Source: Phycisphaerae bacterium
Lineage (GTDB): Bacteria > Planctomycetota > Phycisphaerae > UBA1845 > Fen-1342
Direction: 5' to 3'
DNA: 24,000 bases
Assembly (NCBI GenBank): GCA_963675745.2
Contig: CAXXWX010000026.1
Coordinates: 739,591 to 763,590 of the forward strand
Shown in pieces: positions 16,141 through 23,835 of the stretch. The position numbers and the translations under genes were made by a program. The stretch's first letter is position 1; each line of letters opens with the position of its first letter. The notes below the pieces were generated by a model. That model saw only the letters and a program-made list of their open reading frames with translations, was not told the origin of the DNA and made no database searches.

Positions 16141-17481
16141 CTATCTTGAGAATAACACCCAGACTCCCAGCGCCAAGAATACCCCGAAACCGACGATATC
16201 GGTAATCGCCGTCAGAATAATGCTGGACGATTGGGCGGGGTCAAACCCGAGACGCCTCATGACCCAGGGTACAAACGCCCCGCACACGGTAGCCACCATC
16301 ATACACAGCAGCATGGCGCTACCCAACACCATCGACAGACGGGTGTCGCGCCACCAGATCCAACTCGCGATTCCAGCCAGGAGGCCGATGACGCTGCCGC
16401 TGGAAAACCCGATCAGGATGTTTCTCAGAAATAGCGTGCCCAGCCCCAGGCCGCGCGTTTCACCCGTGGCAATCCCGCGGATCACCACCGCCATGGACTG
16501 CGCGCCGGTGTTGCCGGCCAGCAAGGCCACCACGGGCATCAGCACCGCCAGCGTGGTCAATTGGGCCAGATGCGTTTCAAACACGCCGATCACCGATGCC
16601 ACGAGGAAGCCGGTACACAGGTTGACCATCAGCCACGGCACACGGCTCCGCAGGACGAACCAGACAGGCGAATCGACACGCTCGTCGGCACCGGCGCCGA
16701 CCATCACCTGCATGTCCTCGGTCGCCTCTTCCTGGATTACTTCGACGACGTCGTCAACGGTCACGATTCCCAGCAAGCGATCATCTTCGGCCACCACCGG
16801 TAGTGCGTAGTAGCCGTACTTGCTGAACATCGAGGCGACTTCTTCGCGGTCCATGGTCACCGGGATGCTGACGATCTTGTCCTGCATGATCTCATGCAGC
16901 TTGCGCGTTTCCGGCGCCAGAATCAGGTCACGCAAAGACAGGACGCCGACCAGTCGGTGCTGGTGGTCCACGACGTAGGTGTAGTAGATCTGTTCCAGCT
17001 CATCCGCCAGACGGCGCAGCTCCGCCACGGCCTCGAGCGCCGTCAGGTTGGCCGGCAATGCCGAGGCCTCGGGTGACATGATCCCGCCGGCGCTCTCCGG
17101 CGGGTATGCCATCAGCCCTTTGAGTTCGGCCCGATGAGCTTCGGGCAACTCGTCGAGGATGCGCGCGCGGTAGCCGGCATCGCTCTCCGCGAGCAGGTCC
17201 GCCGCGTCATCCAGGGCCATGAGGTACAGCACCTTGGCCGCGACGGCCGGCTCCATGTCTTCCAGAACAAGGTGCGCGTCCTCTTCGTCCATTTCTTCGA
17301 GCGTGTCGGCCGCCTGTTCCGGCGGCAATGCTTCGAGGACGTCGGCACCTTCGTCCGGCGGCAGGGCCTCGATCCGGTCGGCAACGTCGGCCGGGTGTTC
17401 GTCGGCCAGCGCGGCCGGGTTCGTGACCTCGATCATCTGCTCATCGAGAGTGTGCGGCGTGTCGTCGGATTCGCTCATCAT
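16141..17481 (-). CDS. mgtE: Magnesium transporter MgtE
   Basis: MgtE N-domain (HPADVADRIEALPPDEGADVLEALPPEQAADTLEEM), tandem CBS region (AGGIMSPEASALPANLTALEAV...LPVVAEDDRLLGIVTVDDV), and TM domain (RVPWLMVNLCTGFLVASVIGVFE...AQSSSIILTAITDIVGF). ATG 17481 overlaps the upstream MFS stop as ATGA. The 5' extension to 17889 in the ORF track lies inside the MFS gene. Confidence 0.9.
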   Translation of the reverse strand: MMSESDDTPHTLDEQMIEVTNPAALADEHPADVADRIEALPPDEGADVLEALPPEQAADTLEEMDEEDAHLVLEDMEPAVAAKVLYLMALDDAADLLAESDAGYRARILDELPEAHRAELKGLMAYPPESAGGIMSPEASALPANLTALEAVAELRRLADELEQIYYTYVVDHQHRLVGVLSLRDLILAPETRKLHEIMQDKIVSIPVTMDREEVASMFSKYGYYALPVVAEDDRLLGIVTVDDVVEVIQEEATEDMQVMVGAGADERVDSPVWFVLRSRVPWLMVNLCTGFLVASVIGVFETHLAQLTTLAVLMPVVALLAGNTGAQSMAVVIRGIATGETRGLGLGTLFLRNILIGFSSGSVIGLLAGIASWIWWRDTRLSMVLGSAMLLCMMVATVCGAFVPWVMRRLGFDPAQSSSIILTAITDIVGFGVFLALGVWVLFSR

Positions 17482-18782
17482 CGGCCCTGGCCTGTTATCT
17501 GGCTTCTTGACGTGCGTATGGAACCGTGCAATGACCACATTTGCAGCGCCGCCGCGACAAATGCAAGTGCGGCGATGACGAATGGCACGGTGAATGAACC
17601 CGTGCCGGCCAGCAATCCCATCCCCAGAAACTGGAAGACCAGTCCGCGGACGCCCACCATGGTGGCGTGGATTGCGACGTATTGCGGCACCTTCTCCGGG
17701 CGCGGCGCAAAAGCAACCGGCCCCAACATCCACCCGACCGAGACACCCGCCATCGCAATCCCGAAGATAACGCTGGCGATCGCGATCATGTCCGGCCCGG
17801 TAGCCGCGGCCAGCAGTAGAGGGTAGAGCGTCAGAAGGCCGAAGGAAAACGCGCAGACACGCGTGGCGCCCACGCGGTCGTTGATCCAACCCATCGGGTA
17901 GACGACAAGCAACATGGCCGCGCTGAGCGCGACGCGCGTGGCGTGTCCGTATTCGTCGGGACTCAATCCGAGTTTGCCTTCCGCGAGCACGGGCAGCAAC
18001 GCGTCACAGAACATGAACGCACCGCCGTACGTCATGAAGGCGAGTTCATAGCGAAAGAAGAGCGGATCCTGCCGGAACACGCCGACGAGCCCCAGCATGG
18101 CCTCGCGCAGCGCTCCCAGCGGGTGTCCCGTCGGGCCGATGGCCAGACGGTCGGCGCCGGTTCGCCGGGCAAGAAAAAGCAGGATTGCCAGCCCCGATGC
18201 CGCCGAGATGCCGGCCAATGGCAGGAAGACACGGAACGCGTTCGCATCCAGCTTCAGCCACTCCGCCACGAAGTAGGCCGTGATCATCCCGGACGCGAGC
18301 TGCACGACCGTGAGAATGGCATACACGCGGCCGCGCACCGCATCAGAGTAAAATGACTTCAGCAGTTTCCCATAGAGGGGTATCCAGCCGGCTTGTCCCA
18401 CGGCCGAGATCACGTAACAGGCAAGTAGCTGCCAGTAATTCTGCGCGAGGGCCATACAGATCAGCGGAAACACCGCCATGAGCCACTGGGCCGAGACATA
18501 GCGCCACAGTGAGACGCGTCCCAGCAGCTCGTTCCACAGGACCGAGAACAGCAGAAACACGGGGACCGCCGCCGTCACCAGCACGGTTTGCAGGTTGCCC
18601 GCGCCAAACTCGCGCCGCGCGAGGAACGGAATCATCCACATGACGTTGGCGAACAGCAGCGCTGTCAGCGACACCGCCGCCGCGTGCATGGCCAGCAGGC
18701 GCAGCGGTGACATTCGCGCCCGGCCGCCCGATAGGCCCAGGCGCTCATTCAGCCACGCGTCGTTACGGAGCGCAGGTTTCAT
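17478..18782 (-). CDS. Major facilitator superfamily transporter, substrate unknown
   Basis: About 12 predicted hydrophobic helices and MFS motif-A-like loops (FYSDAVRGRVYAI, GWINDRVGATRV). The stop overlaps the mgtE start. Confidence 0.75.
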   Translation of the reverse strand: MKPALRNDAWLNERLGLSGGRARMSPLRLLAMHAAAVSLTALLFANVMWMIPFLARREFGAGNLQTVLVTAAVPVFLLFSVLWNELLGRVSLWRYVSAQWLMAVFPLICMALAQNYWQLLACYVISAVGQAGWIPLYGKLLKSFYSDAVRGRVYAILTVVQLASGMITAYFVAEWLKLDANAFRVFLPLAGISAASGLAILLFLARRTGADRLAIGPTGHPLGALREAMLGLVGVFRQDPLFFRYELAFMTYGGAFMFCDALLPVLAEGKLGLSPDEYGHATRVALSAAMLLVVYPMGWINDRVGATRVCAFSFGLLTLYPLLLAAATGPDMIAIASVIFGIAMAGVSVGWMLGPVAFAPRPEKVPQYVAIHATMVGVRGLVFQFLGMGLLAGTGSFTVPFVIAALAFVAAALQMWSLHGSIRTSRSQITGQGR

Positions 18783-18808
18783 GTGTGTGCTTCGCGATGG
18801 TCAAGCAC

Positions 18809-18837
18809 GGTATATGATCACGGCCATAGGCGGTCAA
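18809..18837 (-). promoter_or_regulatory. Candidate sigma70-type promoter for the MFS-mgtE pair
   Basis: On the minus strand, TTGACC (18837-18832), a 17-nt spacer, then TATACC (18814-18809), about 27 nt upstream of ATG 18782. Sequence match only. Confidence 0.25.
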
Positions 18838-18904
18838 GTTCCGTGCCCATGGCGCCGAGCCCGGTGTGGCGCGTGCGACCCAGTGACGCCGGGTAGTGCG
18901 CAAG

Positions 18905-18946
18905 CGAACGGAGCGAACGACCGCATTAGGCCATTCGCTCCGCTCG
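18905..18946 (-). terminator. Hairpin downstream of the pilin-like gene (weak terminator candidate)
   Basis: 13-bp stem including one G-U pair: CGAACGGAGCGAA (18905-18917) / TTCGCTCCGCTCG (18934-18946), with a 16-nt loop. It lies 25 nt after the TAG at 18972-18974. No clear U-tract follows. Confidence 0.3.
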
Positions 18947-18971
18947 TTAGCCATGCACAAAATAGTTCTGC

Positions 18972-20006
18972 CTAGGGCACGATCAGCGAGTCTGTCTCGG
19001 CGCTCGGACCCAGGTCTTCGTTGTCATCGATGCTCGCGTTTACACCAGCGAGGACGTTCTCCAGATCGGTGTCGCCGCCCTGCACTTCGTGGGCGGTGAA
19101 GATGTTGTCGTTGTTGGCGCCGACGATCGGCTTGGTCTGGAACTCGACGTGGCTGTCCACGTAGAGCACGGACTGGCCTTCACCATTGTGGTTCGGGCTG
19201 TTGCCGTTTGCCCAATCGTCCGCACCGGCGCGCAGCAGGCGTTCGGCGTCGTCGCCGCCACTGCTGCCTTCCAGGATGCCGTCTACGACGTCATCGATGG
19301 TCTGGCCGGAGTCAGCGTCACCGCGGCCGGCATCACCGGCCACGAAGTACGGGCTCTTGTCAGCCCCGAATGCCATGCGCACATCCATGTCAGTGTTGGG
19401 CTGTGCTTTGCTGTTGTAAGGCATCTGGTAGCCGTAGCTGAGGTTGGAGTAGCCCCAGAAGTCGAAGCGGTTGACGCCCGGCTGGCAGGCCTCTTCCGTG
19501 ATCGACGAGCCCGACCCGCTGAGGTTTCTCAGGTTGTCTTCCTGATCACCGGCGCTGGGGCACACGAACTGCTTCGGCGTCGAGGCGTTCTGGATGACCA
19601 GCAGGAAGAGTGACCGGCTGGCCGGTATCTCCCAATCCCACGTCATCTCATACGTGCCAGGCGTGAGATCGTCAGGGATGATCTCGAGCGTGACATCCTT
19701 ACCGGCGGGATTGGACTCGCCGGCACCCGTTGGGCCGCCGCCGCCCATCACACCAACGTACTTGACGCCGGTGTTGGAGCCGGAACCCGATGTACGGTGA
19801 TAGGCGATCGGGAAATACTCGTCGTAGTCGTTTGAGTAAATGTAGCAGGCCTGTCCGATGCCGCGCAGATTAGCACGACACACGGCGCGCTTGGCGAGCT
19901 CCCGTGCGCGGGCGAGGCTGGGCAGCAGGATGGAGATCAACAGCGCGATGATCGCCACCACAACCAGCAACTCAATCAGCGTAAAACCTCTCTTTTTCAC
20001 TTTCAC
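18972..20006 (-). CDS. Prepilin-type N-terminal cleavage/methylation domain protein (type II pseudopilin-like, DUF1559-like)
   Basis: N-terminus KRGFTLIELLVVVAIIALLISILLPSL is the classic prepilin leader plus hydrophobic helix. The C-terminal NHNGEGQSVLYVDSHVEF resembles the H-X9-DG tail of the planctomycetal DUF1559 family. GTG start 20006 has GGAGG 7 nt upstream. Confidence 0.85.
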   Translation of the reverse strand: MKVKKRGFTLIELLVVVAIIALLISILLPSLARARELAKRAVCRANLRGIGQACYIYSNDYDEYFPIAYHRTSGSGSNTGVKYVGVMGGGGPTGAGESNPAGKDVTLEIIPDDLTPGTYEMTWDWEIPASRSLFLLVIQNASTPKQFVCPSAGDQEDNLRNLSGSGSSITEEACQPGVNRFDFWGYSNLSYGYQMPYNSKAQPNTDMDVRMAFGADKSPYFVAGDAGRGDADSGQTIDDVVDGILEGSSGGDDAERLLRAGADDWANGNSPNHNGEGQSVLYVDSHVEFQTKPIVGANNDNIFTAHEVQGGDTDLENVLAGVNASIDDNEDLGPSAETDSLIVP

Positions 20007-20402
20007 TGAGAACCTCCTGAAACTCTCCCATGAACCTCGTACCGTGATCGGGGCCGCCCGTCGACGAGCGTCCTTTTAGTACGTTGTAAATAGACCAGTT
20101 CAAAACATCGCGTCACGCTCGCGTGACCGTCCACGCACCCAACATTGCGCAAACGACCACAGTGCCACGAAACGTCCGATCGCCACGCATCCGGAGGCTG
20201 AACGCCAACCGTCCGGCTCGTGTCCGCACGGGAGAGAAAATTCGGACACGGCGCAGCCGTTAATCACTCCGACAAGTTCTTACGCTGTGGATTCGCGCGC
20301 GCAAGACTCAAGCAGCCGCCAGAAGCGACCCGCAGGCATGCACTACGCGTTGGCGTGAACGGTCAGGGGAGAAGGAAAAGCAAAACTTAACAGCTCGTTA
20401 AT

Positions 20403-20446
20403 GTATGATACGTAATGACTTACAAGATAACAGGCGTATGATACGT
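20403..20446. promoter_or_regulatory. Pair of palindromic direct repeats (GTATGATACGT x2) in an AT-rich island
   Basis: GTATGATACGT occurs at 20403-20413 and 20436-20446, 33 bp apart. The core GTAT-G-ATAC is palindromic. The adjacent TTAAC-N5-GTTAA sits at 20387-20401. By my count the region 20381-20460 is about 35% G+C. Confidence 0.3.
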
Positions 20447-20555
20447 GCTTTATGATGATCCACTGTACCGCTTACTGCCATCCACTATCGCAATCCTAGC
20501 ACATTCTCCATGACAGTCAACCCGATTCTCGGGCCCAGGCGGCGACTGAGTGCGG

Positions 20556-21635
20556 TCAGCGCCGCGGCCCCAGCATTACACATTCAAGCTCGTTAACCTC
20601 ACGCCTACCCAGCCCCAACCTCACCGCCTCCTCGATGTGTGGAGCGTGCCTGGCCCCAAGCTCGGCTGCCCGTCGCTCGTGCAGCAGTAAATCCAGCGCC
20701 ACGCTATCGACGGCAACCGGATCAAAACCGACGAGCAGTCCGCCGTAGGGAACAATCTGGGCCTCGGTCGCATCAGCGCCACCGTCAATGATCACGCGGA
20801 GCGCATTAACCACGTTGAGACGCAATCGAGAGTGAACTTGTTTATCAGCAAGGACTTGCGCGATCTGGCGCGGCCCGTCATCGAGGTAATACTTCGCTGG
20901 ATGCCGCACGAGTGAGTACGCTAACGTGTTGGTGCAGCAGGACATACCGCCAATCGGGGCGGCCGCCAGAAATGGTACGTTGATGATTGCATCGGACTCG
21001 AAGAGCCAGTTGGCGAGCTGCTCGCGGTTCTCACCGACCGGTGCGGCTGCCCCCCAACCAATGACGGGCTTGCGGACGCCCAGCGCTCGGTACAAATACT
21101 CCGGGGCGTTGACGACGGTTATGGACTCTGTCGGATAGTCGGCCCGCTGCAACTCCTGGACCAGCACCCGGATCATCGAGTCTCCGGTTCGCAGCACGTC
21201 CGCGGCGAAGGCATCGACGCGGATCGTGATGCGTTTGGATGAGCCCAGAATCGTCCGCCACGCCCCCTCCGATGAAGACTCGTCGACGAGTGCTCCCACA
21301 GCCTTTCCCAACAAATCCTCGACGGCCCCCGGTGCCGGAATCATGTTGCGCAGAGCGCTATCTGAACGATTTTCAACCACCCGCGAGCGCGCGTATTTCG
21401 GCCCCATCCACCACGGTCCGGCATTGCTTTCCGCGGTCGTAGGCTGCGTCGTGGGCTGTGTTGTGAGCTGAGTGGTCGGCGCTGTTGTCGGCGTTGATTG
21501 CTGAGCTTGGGCCACGTGCGACACAAATGGCGCACCCGCCAGTGTGCCGAGCGCGGCGGCGACAAACTGACGCCGAGTCAGGCTGTTACCGGTTGACAAC
21601 GCCGAATTGACCGTGTGTTGGGCCACATTTAACAT
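20556..21635 (-). CDS. Tat-signal secreted protein, DUF362-like
   Basis: Twin-arginine signal (SLTRRQFVAAALGTLAGAPFVSHVAQA), then a Thr/Pro/Gln linker (TPTTAPTTQLTTQPTTQPTT). The core loosely resembles DUF362 (KRITIRVDAF...IRVLVQEL...AIINVPFLAAAPIGGMSCCTNTLAYSLV). That the ORF is a real gene is well supported; the family assignment is tentative. Confidence 0.55.
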   Translation of the reverse strand: MLNVAQHTVNSALSTGNSLTRRQFVAAALGTLAGAPFVSHVAQAQQSTPTTAPTTQLTTQPTTQPTTAESNAGPWWMGPKYARSRVVENRSDSALRNMIPAPGAVEDLLGKAVGALVDESSSEGAWRTILGSSKRITIRVDAFAADVLRTGDSMIRVLVQELQRADYPTESITVVNAPEYLYRALGVRKPVIGWGAAAPVGENREQLANWLFESDAIINVPFLAAAPIGGMSCCTNTLAYSLVRHPAKYYLDDGPRQIAQVLADKQVHSRLRLNVVNALRVIIDGGADATEAQIVPYGGLLVGFDPVAVDSVALDLLLHERRAAELGARHAPHIEEAVRLGLGRREVNELECVMLGPRR

Positions 21636-21658
21636 GTCGGGACTTTCGGACTCCCCAA

Positions 21659-23110
21659 TTGATGGAACTTCCGCCGATGCAAAGCCTCAAAGACCGCCAT
21701 GATGTGTACGTAAGCAGTTTGCAGGCACACGGTCAATCCCACCTGCTTGCGTTTTGGGACGAACTGACGGACCCGCAGCGCAGCGAGCTGCTCGACGATC
21801 TGGATCAGATCGACTTCACCCGCTGCGCGCCTCTGATAGAGCCATATATCAAGAAGCGCCCGACACTCGATCTGCCAACGCGGCTGGAGCCGCCAAAGAC
21901 ATTGCCGGCCGAAGCGGATAGCCAGCACGCCGACCACTACGCCCGCGCCCGGCAGGCCGGTGAGGCCGCGGTAAGAAACGGCCAGGTGGCGGCGTTCACC
22001 GTGGCCGGAGGGCAGGGAACCCGGCTCGGCTATGACGGGCCTAAAGGCGGATTCAAGATCAGCCCGGTGCGCGACGCCTGCCTGTTTCAACTCTTCGCCG
22101 AGTTCCTGCGCGGCATTGAGCGGCGTTACGGCACACGCCCGCCCTGGTACATCATGACCAGCCCGAGCAACCATGCGCAGACTCTGGCGATTTTCGAAGA
22201 GCACCGGCACTTCGGCCTGGCTCCGGGTGACGTGGTCTTTTTCTCGCAGGGGCAGATGCCCGCATTTCTGCCCGACGGACGCATCGCGCTGGCTGACAAA
22301 CACCGTATCGCCCTGTCACCGGACGGGCATGGCGGCAGTCTCACCGCGCTCGCCGCAAGTGGCGCGCTGGCCGACATGCGCAAACGTGGCGTCGAGCACA
22401 TCAGCTACTTCCAGGTCGACAACCCGCTGGTTAAGCCGATCGATCCGCTGTTCGTCGGCCTTCATATCGTCGGCGAATCTGAGATGTCGAGCAAAGCCGT
22501 CACCAAGGCGTTTGACAAGGAGCGCGTCGGCAACTTCTGCCTTGCCGACGGTCAGGTCACCGTCATTGAGTACAGCGATCTGCCCGACGAGCTGGCCGAG
22601 AAGAAAAACCCGGACGGGACGCGTGCATTTGATGCCGGCAGCATTGCGATCCACATTCTCAGTCGCGCATTCGTCGAGCGTCTGACCGGCGGCGATGCCA
22701 ACCTGAGCCTGCCGTGGCACCGCGCTGACAAGCAGGTCGCCACGATCGACGAACAGGGCCGGCCGGTGACACCGACGCAACCCAATGCGGTCAAGCTCGA
22801 GATGTTTGTTTTTGACGCGATTCCGCTGGCGCGCAACCCGCTCGTGCTTTACACCTTGCGTGAGGAAGAATTCAGCCCGGTAAAGAACGCCGAGGGTGTC
22901 GATTCGGCGCAGTCAGCAAGGCGTGACATGGTGCGCCGGGCGGCCCGCTGGCTGGAGGCCTGTGGCGGCACCGTCCCACGCGACGAACAGGGCGAGCCGG
23001 CCGCGACCGTCGAGATTAGTCCCGAATTCGCGCTGGACGCCAACGATCTGCGCACACGGCTGAAAGAGCCGCCAACGATTGCCGTCGGCCAGCGGCGCGT
23101 GTTCGAGTAA
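21659..23110 (+). CDS. UDP-N-acetylhexosamine (UDP-GlcNAc) pyrophosphorylase, UDPGP/UAP1 family
   Basis: GQSHLLAFWDELTDPQRSELLDDLDQIDF, AGGQGTRLGYDGPKG, WYIMTS, FFSQGQMP, PDGHGG and YFQVDNPLVKPIDPLFVG match the eukaryote-type UAP1/AGX pyrophosphorylase pattern. The start could be ATG 21659, 21662 or 21677. Confidence 0.85.
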   Translation: MMELPPMQSLKDRHDVYVSSLQAHGQSHLLAFWDELTDPQRSELLDDLDQIDFTRCAPLIEPYIKKRPTLDLPTRLEPPKTLPAEADSQHADHYARARQAGEAAVRNGQVAAFTVAGGQGTRLGYDGPKGGFKISPVRDACLFQLFAEFLRGIERRYGTRPPWYIMTSPSNHAQTLAIFEEHRHFGLAPGDVVFFSQGQMPAFLPDGRIALADKHRIALSPDGHGGSLTALAASGALADMRKRGVEHISYFQVDNPLVKPIDPLFVGLHIVGESEMSSKAVTKAFDKERVGNFCLADGQVTVIEYSDLPDELAEKKNPDGTRAFDAGSIAIHILSRAFVERLTGGDANLSLPWHRADKQVATIDEQGRPVTPTQPNAVKLEMFVFDAIPLARNPLVLYTLREEEFSPVKNAEGVDSAQSARRDMVRRAARWLEACGGTVPRDEQGEPAATVEISPEFALDANDLRTRLKEPPTIAVGQRRVFE

Positions 23111-23271
23111 TTCAGCCGGGGACGGGACGGCCGGTTGAGCCGGTCGCCCCTCGCGCCGAGTGGGCTGACGCGCGGCCAGACATTTCGATGTTCCGCGGGC
23201 CAGCGGGTCGCCGTGACACCGCGCTGGCGAGTATGATTGCGTTGCCGTGGGTCTATGTTGAAAGGACGGCG

Positions 23272-23835
23272 ATGCCCGGGCCGGCATCCGACAGGCAAGC
23301 TGGAAGACGGCGCTCGGCTGAAGTGGTTGATTGGCCGCGACTGGTGTTGCGCGCCACACGGGCGCTTCAGCATGCGTTCATCAGGTCACCGCAGCTCGCC
23401 CCGGATCGAGTGGCGGGAGTCGTGCTGAGCGCATTGCCGCCGCATGCGCGCCGCGTGTTGCGCTACCGGCTGGACCAGTTGCGCTGGCTATCACCCGAAG
23501 CCGAGTTGCCGGCTGATCTGCTGGAGTCCGCGCGCTGCCCGGCGGACTTGCGTGACGGCCGGCGTGAGCTTGTGCGCCTGGCGCTTTTTGGCTTGCCCGG
23601 CCAGGGTCGCCCGACGGATAACAAGCATCGCGAGGCAATCTACCAGCAGTTGTGCGCGCAGATCAGGCGTGAGTCTCCGGACCAGCTGAGGCTGCGCGCC
23701 GCCGGCGCCCGTGCTCTCGTCCCACCCGGATGTGGCGGCCGACCCGACGCTGGCGGCGATGCTGCGCAGCTTCATCGCGGGCTGCGAAACCGAACTGCAC
23801 GTCGTCGAAGCCGAACAGGGGGATCTCGCGGATGA
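23272..23835 (+). CDS. Hypothetical protein; 3' end uncertain because of a frame switch near 23700
   Basis: ATG 23272 is preceded by AGGACGG. The frame looks coding, with high third-position G/C, up to about 23700 (...NKHREAIYQQLCAQIRRESPDQLRL). After that the translation becomes Arg/Gly-rich, and the coding signal moves to the +1 frame. Confidence 0.4.
   Translation: MPGPASDRQAGRRRSAEVVDWPRLVLRATRALQHAFIRSPQLAPDRVAGVVLSALPPHARRVLRYRLDQLRWLSPEAELPADLLESARCPADLRDGRRELVRLALFGLPGQGRPTDNKHREAIYQQLCAQIRRESPDQLRLRAAGARALVPPGCGGRPDAGGDAAQLHRGLRNRTARRRSRTGGSRG

Noticed and set aside
17482-17889. 5' extension of the mgtE ORF (136 extra codons in the ORF track).
   Set aside because: The extension lies entirely inside the MFS transporter gene and is Arg/Gly-rich. 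The recognisable MgtE N-domain begins right after ATG 17481, which forms a classic ATGA overlap with the MFS stop.
18783-18971. Possible M-box (Mg-sensing) riboswitch upstream of the MFS-mgtE pair.
   Set aside because: The promoter-like element leaves only a 5' UTR of about 25 nt, and I could not see the multi-helix M-box architecture in the 189-bp gap. An Infernal scan with RF00380 would settle it.
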